From Stramenopiles sp. TOSAG23-2 (lineage: Eukaryota): 34,714 nt of DNA. Positions 8,979 through 20,100 of this stretch are shown piece after piece. The notes under the pieces are model-generated. The model saw only the letters and a list, made by a program, of their open reading frames with translations, did no database searches and was not told the origin of the DNA. The stretch is from assembly GCA_900128395.1 (NCBI GenBank), contig LT649348.1:1-34714 (forward strand). Direction: 5' to 3'. The translations under genes and the position numbers were made by a program. How positions within the stretch are numbered: position 1 is the stretch's first letter; each line of letters opens with the position of its first letter.

Positions 8979-11900
8979 ATGAACGTTTCTGGTTCATCAA
9001 TGAATATGAATTCTAGAGGTAGTAGTAGGAATAATGATTCGATGATAAAATCAGGTTTAGGAATGGGTTCTACCCGTGATTCAAGGGCACAGGAAGCTAT
9101 ACGAATGAAAGATGAGCAATTAAGAATTTTAACAGATCAAAATTCACATTTATTAAAAAGTTTAGATCAAGTAGAAGAAGAAGCAAATACTATGCAATTA
9201 GAAAAACTTGCTGTTGAGGAGGAAGATAGAAAGTTACGTGATCAAAATTTTGAGCTGCAAAGTAAAGCCCGCGCTGCTGATGCGGCCATGAGAAAAGCAC
9301 AAGCAGAAATGGCTGATAAAGATAAACAATTGAAAATTATGACTGATCAAAATAGTGAATTATTACGTTTATTAGAAACGGAAGAAAGTCAAACGGCAAA
9401 GTTGGAAAAAGAAGGTTCTAGTTTAAGGGCTGATTTAGAAGGTTTACGATCGAAATATAGTAGTTTATTAACGACAGCAAAGACGCATGAGGAAATGGCT
9501 GCAAGAGCAGCGAGGGAAGGACAATTACGTGCGGAAGAATTGAGGTTATTACGTGCGGAAGTAGAACAATTAAGAGGACAAAATGCTGAAATGAGACGTA
9601 AAACACAAGTAGAAATTGAATCTTTACATGAACAGTTGCGTGTTAGAAAAGAAAAACAATATCATTTATTGGAAAAAATGCAAGCAGCAGAAGAATCGAA
9701 GCGACAAGCGGAAGATCAAGTTACAGCTATGGAAGAAAAATTACGCGCATTACATGCTCGTACAGTTGAATTAGAAACACAATTGCAAGTAGAAGCTCGT
9801 GCAAAACGAGCACAAATGGATGCAAATAAAGCATTATCAGTTGAAGGGGAAAATTTAGCAAATGCAAATCGTGATTTACAAGATCGATTGGAAAAAGCAG
9901 AGCAAGAACGTATGCGTATGGAAGCAGAGGCACGTGATAGTGGAGAGCAATTGCGAGAAATGGCAGAGAAGGTGTTCCAATTATTAGAACGTTTAAAATT
10001 AGCAGAGATTGGTAAAACAAAAGCTGTAGAAGCACTTAGGAAAAAAGAACAAGAATTAGTTGCACAAAAGAAGAAAAATAGTCGTTTATTAAAAGAAAGT
10101 ACAATGGAAGGTAAAGCACGTGTAAAAGCTGAATTGGATAAAAAGGTTTTAGTCGATCAAATCAGAGCATTGAAGAAGCATAATTCTGAATTATCATCGC
10201 GTTGCCGAGAGGAAGTTAAAGCAAAGTTAAAAGAACATGAAGATAAAAAACAAGCACAAGAAAAAATCAGAACATTAGGTGGACGTTTATCCTTTTTATT
10301 AAATAAATTGCAAAGTGATGAGGAAGCGAAGATTGTTGCAAGGGAGGAAATGAAAAAAATGGAAGCTCAATTACGAACATTATCAGAACGTAATAATGAA
10401 TTGTCTCAAAAATTAGGTGCAACTGGTGAAAGTAATCGTATCATAACGCATGCAATGCGTTTGAAACAGGAAGAATTACAAAATTTAGCAATTCGACACG
10501 ATGCATTAACAAGACAATTAAAAGATCGTGAAGCACAATTAGCTGGAAATCCATCTGCAAATGCAAACGAGGAGAAAGATGAGGAGGAGAAAGGGCAAGA
10601 TCAAGCAACAATTGATGAAGTACGTGCTCGTGGTGGGCGTGGACGTTTCTTTGTAGATGCAAAACCAACGCAAGGATTGTTATTGGTCGGTGCGAAGAAG
10701 AAAGGTGCGATTGAGTTAATGGATCGATTGCAAGTAAATCAATTTTTGAAACGTGCACAGAAAAGTGCACATTTCAAAGAAAGAATCATTGAAAAAATTG
10801 CACATTTACTTGGTTTATTAGCAGTTGAGGAGGAAGAGCGAACGCGTATCGTACGAGAAGGTGAGGATCGTGCAGACCAAGTGGACCATTTAGCAAGAAA
10901 AACTGGTTATTTACAAGAACGTCTACATATGGAAGAGGAAGCTAAACGACGTACGTTACTACGTTATGTACATAGTGTCAAAGAACATGCAACATCTGCC
11001 GCTGAAGCTGCTAGATTATCTGGCAAAACTGAAAATCAATTAAATGCTGGTACATTGCAATTACCAGAAAGTGGTATTGGCGATGAGGAAGTACATGCTC
11101 TTGCTGCATTGTTACGTGGTAATAAAAACGTAACTGAATTAAATTTAAGATCCAATCAAGTAACGGATGAAGGTGCTCGTGCATTAGGTGCAGTTTTAGC
11201 TGGCACTTGTGGCTTACGAACGATTGATTTACGTGAAAATAAAATAGGTAAAAATGGTATTAGGGGATTAGCGGAAGCGTTAGAACGTGCTGAACGGGTC
11301 AGGCATGTGTATGTACATGCTGGTGGTAAAATTGAAGCTCTCGGTACAGGTATGTGGGCTGCACCACGTGATGGTGGAGATGATGATCAAGGTGCAACAC
11401 CAACTGTCACAGTTGAAACTGTATGCGTATTAGATGTCCGTGATAATGATTCCAATTCACGCCATGAACCTATGTTAGATGATACGATGGGTGGAGCAAG
11501 TAACCCAGTATCGGTGCCAGAGACGCGTGGTAGAGGAGGAAGAGATAGTAGTAAAAAATGGGCTGAGAAGAGTAGCAGCAACAACAAAGGTAGTAAAACA
11601 CGACGTGTGAAAGAGGTTGGATCAAGTAAAAAAGGTAAACGTAGTCAAACTGCACCATCAAATAAACGTAGCAAAGATGCAAAAGAAAAGCGTCAAAAAC
11701 GACAACGAGAATTAGTTGAGCGTAGAATGGAAAAGCAACGAATAAAGCGTGAAAATAAAAAAAAGGAAGATAGATGGCAAGGTAGAGCAGGTGGAATGTC
11801 TGCAAAATCTCCACCACAAGAGAAAAGAACACATACACGTAAAAAACCATCTGGTAAAAATTTACCTCCATTACATAATAAAAATTTATCGGCATCTGCA

Positions 11901-12152
11901 CCACAATTAGGAAATAATAATGTAGAACAAAAAAATGATTATAGTAATCGTATAGAGTCAAAAACATTAGAACCAAATTCATTAGCTACTCATGTACAAC
12001 GTGCAAATAAAGCAGCGGAAGAAATATTAGCACCAATGGATGATAATACTAATATGAGAAGAACCGGTGGTGGTAGGAAGAAAAAAGATAAAAGTGGATT
12101 TAATGAAACATTGATGCGAAGTCCACTAATGCAACCTGCAAATAAATTTTAG
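8979..12152 (+). CDS. Long coiled-coil protein with ribonuclease-inhibitor-type leucine-rich repeats and a basic disordered tail
   Basis: About 650 aa of E/K/R/L/Q/A-rich heptad-like sequence, then LRRs: LQLPESGIGDEEVHALAALL, VTELNLRSNQVTDEGARALGAVL, LRTIDLRENKIGKNGIRGLAEAL (about 11050-11290). Confidence 0.9.
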   Translation: MNVSGSSMNMNSRGSSRNNDSMIKSGLGMGSTRDSRAQEAIRMKDEQLRILTDQNSHLLKSLDQVEEEANTMQLEKLAVEEEDRKLRDQNFELQSKARAADAAMRKAQAEMADKDKQLKIMTDQNSELLRLLETEESQTAKLEKEGSSLRADLEGLRSKYSSLLTTAKTHEEMAARAAREGQLRAEELRLLRAEVEQLRGQNAEMRRKTQVEIESLHEQLRVRKEKQYHLLEKMQAAEESKRQAEDQVTAMEEKLRALHARTVELETQLQVEARAKRAQMDANKALSVEGENLANANRDLQDRLEKAEQERMRMEAEARDSGEQLREMAEKVFQLLERLKLAEIGKTKAVEALRKKEQELVAQKKKNSRLLKESTMEGKARVKAELDKKVLVDQIRALKKHNSELSSRCREEVKAKLKEHEDKKQAQEKIRTLGGRLSFLLNKLQSDEEAKIVAREEMKKMEAQLRTLSERNNELSQKLGATGESNRIITHAMRLKQEELQNLAIRHDALTRQLKDREAQLAGNPSANANEEKDEEEKGQDQATIDEVRARGGRGRFFVDAKPTQGLLLVGAKKKGAIELMDRLQVNQFLKRAQKSAHFKERIIEKIAHLLGLLAVEEEERTRIVREGEDRADQVDHLARKTGYLQERLHMEEEAKRRTLLRYVHSVKEHATSAAEAARLSGKTENQLNAGTLQLPESGIGDEEVHALAALLRGNKNVTELNLRSNQVTDEGARALGAVLAGTCGLRTIDLRENKIGKNGIRGLAEALERAERVRHVYVHAGGKIEALGTGMWAAPRDGGDDDQGATPTVTVETVCVLDVRDNDSNSRHEPMLDDTMGGASNPVSVPETRGRGGRDSSKKWAEKSSSNNKGSKTRRVKEVGSSKKGKRSQTAPSNKRSKDAKEKRQKRQRELVERRMEKQRIKRENKKKEDRWQGRAGGMSAKSPPQEKRTHTRKKPSGKNLPPLHNKNLSASAPQLGNNNVEQKNDYSNRIESKTLEPNSLATHVQRANKAAEEILAPMDDNTNMRRTGGGRKKKDKSGFNETLMRSPLMQPANKF

Positions 12153-12417
12153 TAAAAAAGTTTTTTATAATATATATTACGAGTACATGTATAATACGAA
12201 GTGCATAGTATCAATATCATATTATACGTACATGCATAATTAAGAGAGAGAGGATATCTTGTATGTCATAGTATGAATACATTTATTATACTCCCAACAA
12301 TTATCATATCATATGTATCATATCATACTTCGGTATTAAATAAAATAAATTACATTTACACACACAACGAAAACACTTTTTCTCTCGTACGAATATATTT
12401 TATCAGAGGATATTTTT

Positions 12418-14028
12418 TTAATTTTTACTCTTTTTCTTTTTTTTCTTTTTTTTCTTCTTTCCTGATGATGATGAAGTACTTGTTGTATTAGAAGCACCAT
12501 CAGTCGTCGTCATCATCATTGAATTATTATTAGTAGTATTGTCACTATTACTATTCGCTGTTTGTTGAGTTGGTAAAAATGGTAAATTTGCATTTAATGT
12601 TGGTGTTGGTGCAGCTTTGATTCGTGAAGAAAATTTACGTTCAATACTAGTTTGCTCTGATGTATCCCACAAAGCAATTTGACCTTTTGAACCACCAACA
12701 GCTAGAACATATGGATCATTCATGAAAAATTGTCCACATAATAAATCTCCCACACCCATTGATTTTGATGTTACACATGTTGGTCTTCCATCTTGAATAT
12801 CCCATAACTTGACTGTCTTATCTATTGATACGGTGCCCATAAAACCAGGCACCATTGAACTAAATGTAACTGATGAACATGCACTTTCATGTGCTTGTAA
12901 AGTGAAAATTGGAGACGTAATATTCCTAGCATCATAAAGGTATACTGCACCATTTTCGCAACTAGCGGCAAATTGTGCAGGATTGTGTGGATTCCATTGT
13001 ATAGATTCAATATCACTTGTTACTGTACATTTCGATCCAAGTTCTATTTGTCTTACATCTAATACGGCAATGTTTTTATCAAATGCACCTGTTGCAAGTA
13101 CTGTTTGCTCTAACGGATGCCACACTGCAGCTTGCACTTTGTCACTATGGTGTTTCATCGTCATCAAACAACTAGATGTAGTTGTATCCCATAGTTTAAC
13201 AGTTTTATCAGCAGATCCACTAGCAAGTACATGACGTTGTTGTGTATTCCATGATAAACACATAATTGCATCCATATGACTACCAGCTTTAAATGGTTGT
13301 GATAATCTGCTTCTTCTACTTGGACTGTTTTGCCCAGCATTTGTATCTCTCCCACCAAGTGTTACTACAGGTCCTAACGCTTCTATTACATCTAAATTCC
13401 AAATTTCAATTTCAGGTTTAAATGTTCCTATTGCGCAAAAATTTCCATTGCCTAATTGTTTCGTACCTTGTGTAGTTGTTGTTACGTCGGACGGGTTACC
13501 ACCCACCCAAGCTAGACATAATGGGAAAGCACTTAACGTAATATCATGATGAACGTACAAGTTACCAGTTTCTTCGTCGTATACATAAACTTCCAATGAA
13601 CTGAAATCATCCTCTGTCCTTGTCGCTAATAAGATAGCATCAGTGTCTTTAATTTGTTTATCATCCTCCTCTTCGTCATCTTCTTCTACTTCATTTGGTA
13701 AAGTAATATAATTATCTTCCGCTTGATATACTGTGTCATCTCCCATCATGCCCATATTATCATCATCATCATAATCATCCATATTCAAATCAGCTGGTAA
13801 TTCATCATTACCAGTACTATTATTATCATTGTTGCTATTGTTATTATTTGCACCTTGGGTAATTAACGTTTGTGGCAATCCTGCATTATTATTATTATTG
13901 TTGTTTGATGGTTGTCCTTCCTGTTCTGCTGCATCTCGTATTGCTTGTTCCTCCTCAGGTGTCATTTCATATTTAATTGGTTCTTTTGCTGCTGCACCTT
14001 TTGGTACCCATGCAACTGCCGATATCAT
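12418..14028 (-). CDS. PWP1: Periodic tryptophan protein 1 (WD40 ribosome biogenesis factor)
   Basis: Family-typical N-terminus MISAVAWVPKGAA, an acidic region, LEVYVYDE..NLYVHHDITLSAFPLCLAW, AIGTFKPEIEIWNLD, and WD repeats (LASGSADKTVKLWD, SIDKTVKLWD). Poly-Lys C-terminus. Confidence 0.93.
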   Translation of the reverse strand: MISAVAWVPKGAAAKEPIKYEMTPEEEQAIRDAAEQEGQPSNNNNNNNAGLPQTLITQGANNNNSNNDNNSTGNDELPADLNMDDYDDDDNMGMMGDDTVYQAEDNYITLPNEVEEDDEEEDDKQIKDTDAILLATRTEDDFSSLEVYVYDEETGNLYVHHDITLSAFPLCLAWVGGNPSDVTTTTQGTKQLGNGNFCAIGTFKPEIEIWNLDVIEALGPVVTLGGRDTNAGQNSPSRRSRLSQPFKAGSHMDAIMCLSWNTQQRHVLASGSADKTVKLWDTTTSSCLMTMKHHSDKVQAAVWHPLEQTVLATGAFDKNIAVLDVRQIELGSKCTVTSDIESIQWNPHNPAQFAASCENGAVYLYDARNITSPIFTLQAHESACSSVTFSSMVPGFMGTVSIDKTVKLWDIQDGRPTCVTSKSMGVGDLLCGQFFMNDPYVLAVGGSKGQIALWDTSEQTSIERKFSSRIKAAPTPTLNANLPFLPTQQTANSNSDNTTNNNSMMMTTTDGASNTTSTSSSSGKKKKKKKKKKSKN

Positions 14029-15252
14029 AATGTTGTTCTTATTATTATTTTGGAAAGTTGTTATTTATAATTAGATTATATATATATATTCAATTATGAT
14101 TCAGCTTAGCTATATAGATATATATATAGATCGATATATATTATTACTTTCTCATTTCTATCCGTCCTTGTTCCTCCCTTTCTCCTACACACTTCTTATC
14201 CGTATAAGTACACAAGATGAAATATATATATTTTCGCGATTCTGGTGGACTAGTTGTACTTGTTACAGTATGAATCAATAAAATTGTATTTAATAATATT
14301 TAGCATATGCATATAATCCCTGGTAGTGATGATAATCAAGTCTTGATAGGGGTGATTTCTTATATATTTTCGCGAGCGAAATAAATAATTCTGGTGGACT
14401 AGTTGTACTTGTTACAGTATGAATCAATAAAATTGTATTTAATAATATTTAGCATATGCATATAATCCCTGGTAGTGATGATAATCAAGTCTTGATAGGG
14501 GTGATTTCTTACTCAGAGGACGAGAAAACGTGAAGGCATTTTTTGAGTGTCTAATGTTACTGTTTCCTTAACACATATAATAATATTATATATAATAGGA
14601 CTATACTTTCTATTTATTTAAGGAAATAGTAAAAATATTGGTCGCTTTTCTCGTCATTAGATTTCTGGTCGAAGTAAATGTGCAAATTGGATGGATAGAA
14701 AAGGTTGTAAGGAATTGAGGAAGAAAATGGATCGAGAAAAAGTGGTTTGAATGCGGAAATTTATCAGATATTCGTTGTCTTTTTCTGAAATTATGGAAAT
14801 ATAATAACCATTCTTATTAATAATAATCTCCCTGTTATAGTATATGTAAGTACGATGAAATGCGAATTTAAATCAATATTCACTATACTCTAATTTTCAT
14901 GATATCCAGGATATCAATATTGGAATTTTTAATCAGAAAAATGGACGCCCATCATTAACATGTGCCAATAATTATTACAACAATTGTCCATAAATTAGTA
15001 TAAATATTTTATTAGTATTATTATTTTTGTTATCCAATAATCCGAATAGATTTAAAGTAGATCATCTTTTTTTTTTTTGAGAAAAAGAATTTTTTGTGAA
15101 AAGATAGATACATATATACAGTGTAATTATCAGATTATTTGGAAGATAGATTATATATACATACAGATAAGTATAATAACATTGTGTTGCTTTTCTGCTT
15201 TTTTTTTTCATTTTTTCAATAAAATTACAATTATTAAATTTATACATCGAAA
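14029..15252. promoter_or_regulatory. Divergent (putatively bidirectional) promoter region for PWP1 and MDN1
   Basis: 1.2-kb non-coding interval between two head-to-head start codons, with TA-rich tracts near both starts. No specific element is proven. Confidence 0.5.
14225..14511. repeat. Near-exact tandem duplication (136 bp plus about 150 bp) in the PWP1/MDN1 intergenic region
   Basis: tatatattttcgcga at 14225 and 14361. The block attctggtggac...gtgatttctta is identical at 14239-14362 and 14388-14511. Copy 2 has an extra 13 bp (gcgaaataaataa). Confidence 0.95.
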
Positions 15253-17107
15253 ATGAAATTAATACAATATGTGAAACGAATGAAATTATTGAAAGAGGAA
15301 CTCCCAACAACCATTTTTGAAAATGAACAACGTTTATTATTTGTTGTGAATTTACATGAATTTTTATCAAGCGATTTGAAGTACGTACCATCAAGTAATG
15401 CGCTTGATGCAAGTCTTGATGCATTGTCATCGCTTTTATTATTGCATCCTCAATATACATTAACTATTGCAAAATTATTTTTACCAATTATACCTGAATT
15501 GGTAGCTCGTAAATTAAATATTACAACATCCGCTGAACACATTGATAATAATAATAATACTAATAATAAATCAAATTGGAACACATCAGAAAAGGAGACG
15601 ATTGCTCTTACGTTGAGTTTACTTTTACCAATAGTGCCTCAATTATCAACGATCACTCTTAACTATTTTAAAATGTCAAAGACAAGTATTTTTCAACGGT
15701 TGATAGATTATGAAAATGAACAAAAATCAACTATTGAACAATTATTATTACAATTAAATGTTAATGAAAGTAATAATGACAATAATGATATACAACGACA
15801 GGAAATACTACAAGGTGTATTGAAAATTTGTCGTGCAACTTATAATTTATTATCCTTTAATCCAGCGTTATTTCGTTCTATTTGGAATTGGGCGCCAATT
15901 TTTGTATGTGCTACTCGTGCAGATACGTTATATGGATGGTATGCAGCTAGATCATCAACAATTATTTTACGTATTCCACAAATGGATCGTAGGAAATATT
16001 GGAAAAAACTGGGATACAATTTAAATCATTTTAGTAATAATAATAATAATAATAATAACAACAACAGCAGCAGCAACAACAACAACCACAACGATCATCC
16101 AGAAAACGATAACAATAACCAAATGATATTGGATGAAGATGTTAATGAAAATGAAATAAACAATTATAATAATAATAATAGTAATAGCATATATGACATT
16201 ACAAGTAGATCTTATTCAACAGAGAAGACGGAAATATTCAAGTTTTCATCATTGGATAATAATATCAACAATGAAAACAATCAGATACATAATAATAATG
16301 AAACTAATGACAAATTAAATTTTAATATAAATCACGTTTTACCTGGCGTGTTGCTTCATAAAAGCTTGTTCAACATGTTTGGTATGTTATTTCCTAGAAA
16401 AGATCGTATTGATAATAAGAAGAAGAATGCAAATACTGGTGTACAAAGTAAATTAATTATGGCACGAACAACAGTGAAAAATTTACAAAATTTAGCAACT
16501 GCATTGTGTCAAAATCAACCAATTCTTTTAATTGGATCGCCTGGGTCTGGAAAAACTGCTATTTTACGCGAAATAGCGCGCATGGCAGGACAATTTGATA
16601 TGATTGAATTGCATTTAGATAGCCAAATAGATAGCAAAACTCTCCTTGGTACATATGTATGCACGGACGTGCCAGGAGAATTCAAATGGCAACCAGGTGC
16701 GTTGACACAAGCATTAACAAAAGGTCTATGGGTTGTCATTGAAGATATTGATCGTGCACCATTTGAAGTATTGTCTGCATTAGTACCATTGTTAGAGACT
16801 CGTAAAATACTTTTGCCAGGACGGGGTGAAGTCATTGAAGCTGCGCCTGGATTTAGATTATTTGCAACGTATTCAACAACGAATGAGAGTGGTGAAATAA
16901 ATTTATATGGTGGAACTGGGGAATTGTTGAAAAATTTTTGGACAAAAGTAAAATCAGAAGCTTTGCCATTAGATGAAGTAACATATGTATTAACAAAGCT
17001 TCATCCAAACATTCCTGAAAATATTATGAATCGTATTATACAAACATTTTCTGTATTATCTGAAAATAATTTTAGTAGTAATGACATTTTCAATGAAAAT
17101 ATGAATG

Positions 17108-17140
<33 letters not shown>

Positions 17141-20100
17141 TGAACAACAACAAGAAACAAAACATAGAGATGCATAAACTGCATTTAACTCGTTCCATAT
17201 CATTGCGCGATATTATTAGATGGACAAATCGTATAGTATTTGCGCAACATATTCGAAGACAAGCAAATAATGCTTCGTATCAAACGGAGCAAGAAAGATT
17301 TTCAATCGTAATTGAAGCAATGGATCTTTTTTGTGCACCAATTCGATCCTTTCATGAACGTTTGCATATGTCTAAAATTATTGGACGTATATGGTCCGTT
17401 CAAGAATCAAATATTGCACGACGACTTGAAAGTGACAAACCAACATTGTTTGCAGATATGCATGAAATTGCAAGCAAGGGTAAAGGTATTGTTACTATCG
17501 GAAGAGTTGGACTTGATGTTTTAAATTCAAATGTTGCTGTAAGAAAAAATAATGGAACCTTTGCTTTAACTGGTCAAGCATCTAGACTACTTGAACAATT
17601 GGCGGTATGTGTGAAGACGGTAGAACCCGTTTTACTAGTTGGGGAGACTGGTTGTGGTAAGACAACCGTAATTCAAAGTCTAGCTGATCGCTTGGGTCAA
17701 GAACTAGTGGTACAAAATTTAAATATTCAAAGCGATAGTAGTGAATTATTAGGTGGTTATAAACCAGTTGAATTACGAGAAATTGCCAGGCCACTTTATA
17801 TGGAGTTTCTCGATTTATTTCAAGATACTTTTGATGTAAATAAAAATATGAAATTTTTAACTATCATGAAACGTGAGTTTGAGAACCAAAATTGGAGTAA
17901 AATTATAAGAGGTTTTCTACAAGGTGTTAAAATGAGTGAAGTATTTTTCTCCAAGCTTGCTGAAAATAGTACGGTTAGTAACAGTGGTAGCGGCAATAAT
18001 AATAATAATAATAACAACAACAACAACAACGGTAGTGATACTGGTTTAATAATGATACCACAGAAAGTAGTTAATAATGGAGCAAGTGATAAAGCCAAAA
18101 GCAAAAAACGTCCAAGAATCCCTGATGATAATATTGATAATGAAAATTTAAAAAAGAAAAAATCCCGTTTGTCCTCATCAAACAATAATCGTGACGACGA
18201 AAAAAGTACGAGAAAAAGCACGAATAAAAATAGAAAAAATATCACAAGTCTTGAATTACATTGGAAGGAATATAAAGAAAAAGTTGAAAAGTTTAAGATT
18301 CAGAAAGAACAAGTTGAAAATAGTTTTGCATTTGCATTTGTTGAAGGTGCGTTGGTAAAGGCTTTACAAAGTGGTACTTGGATTTTATTGGATGAAATTA
18401 ATTTGGCATCCGCGGAAACATTACAACGATTAGCTAGTATTTTGGACAATCCTGAAGGAACTTTATCATTAACAGAAAAAGGGGATGTTGATGTATTGGT
18501 GCGTCATCCTAATTTTAGGATATTTGCAGCCATGAACCCTGCAACAGATGTTGGAAAGCGAGATTTGACTCCAGCGTTACGTCATAGATTTACTGAAATA
18601 TATGTAGATGAGTTAAGAGCTGAAAGTGATTTACAACTGGTATGTCAAAAATATCTTGACGGTATGGAAGGTGTTCCAATTGCTAAAATTGTAGAATTTT
18701 ACTTGAAAGCAAAAGATTGGGCATTAAAAGATTTAATGGATGGTGCCGGGCGATCGCCTCATTACAGTCTGCGTACTTTGTGTCGAGCACTAGAAGCTAC
18801 TCGTCTATTTTTTAATCGTGGTTATAGGCTTGAAAGAGCCTTATACGAAGGTTTTTCGATGAGTTTTGTGACGCAACTGGAGGAAAAATCAATGGCAAAA
18901 GTTTTAAAGGAAATCAAGAAGCGATTTTGTGAAAAATTACGCTCGAAAGTCTTAAAGGAGGCACCTCGAAGACCACGACAACCAAAAGATGCCGAGTGGA
19001 TTCGATGTCAAAATTTCTGGATAGAGCAAGGTTCTGTAGAGCCAGTTGACTGGGCTGATGCGGTCAATGGTGTTCAAAAATTCGTGGTAACTGACTCAGT
19101 TGCTGTGAATCTGCAGCGCTTAGCACGTTGTTTAAGTGCTAAACGCTACCCTGTCCTTTTGCAAGGTCCAACGTCTAGTGGGAAGACAACTTTAGTTTCA
19201 TATATGGCAGCATTCACTGGACACAAATGTGTACGAATAAATAATCATGAACATACAGATTTACAAGAGTACATTGGGAGTTACGTAACTAGTGAGACTG
19301 GGAAACTGACTTTCAAAGAAGGCTTGCTGGTACAAGCAGTTAGGGAAGGCTGGTGGATTATTTTGGATGAATTAAATCTTGCTCCATCAGAAGTTTTAGA
19401 GGCATTAAATCGTTTGTTAGATGATAATAGGGAATTGTTCATTCCAGAAACTCAAGAACTTGTTAAACCGCATAAAGATTTCATGCTTTTCGCAACACAA
19501 AATCCACCAGGATTGTACGCAGGAAGAAAAGTTTTATCAAGGGCATTTCAAAATAGATTTCTAGAACTTCATATTGGAGATCTCCCAAACAATGAATTAA
19601 GCATCATAATCAATAAACGTTGTGGTCTAGCACCACGACATTGTAATATTATGATTGAAGTGATGAAGGAATTACAACAAGTACGGCAAGAAAGTCAGAT
19701 ATTTGCTGGAAAACACGGGTTCATTACAACAAGAGATTTATTAAGGTGGGCAAACAGGCAACCAGCAATGGAGAAAGAATTGGCGGAACATGGTTTCATG
19801 TTACTTGGTGAAAGGCTACGTCGAGAGAGTGAAAAAGAAACTGTTCGAAAAGTTTTAGAAAAACATTGTAAAACTACACTTGACATTGATGAAATGTATG
19901 AAAGAAAATATAAAGAGTTAATGGAGGATGATGATAATATGATTAACAAGGAAAAAATAAGCATTGATTCCATCAGCATGACAACCGCTTTGAAGCGCCT
20001 GTTCGTGTTGATGTCTGCATGCATAACAACAAAAGAGCCGGTTCTGTTGGTCGGAAATACTGGATGTGGTAAAACAACAGTATGCCAATTGTTGTCAATG

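Noticed and set aside
14325-14520. Box C/D snoRNA suggested by GTGATGA in each duplicated copy
   Set aside because: No box D CTGA at a suitable distance and no recognisable rRNA guide sequence.
14599-14790. U3 snoRNA-like start GACTATACTTTC, with a later GAGGAAGA and CTGA
   Set aside because: Box A (GGATCATTTC-like), box B and box C are not found in the right order; probably chance. An Infernal search with the U3 model would settle it.
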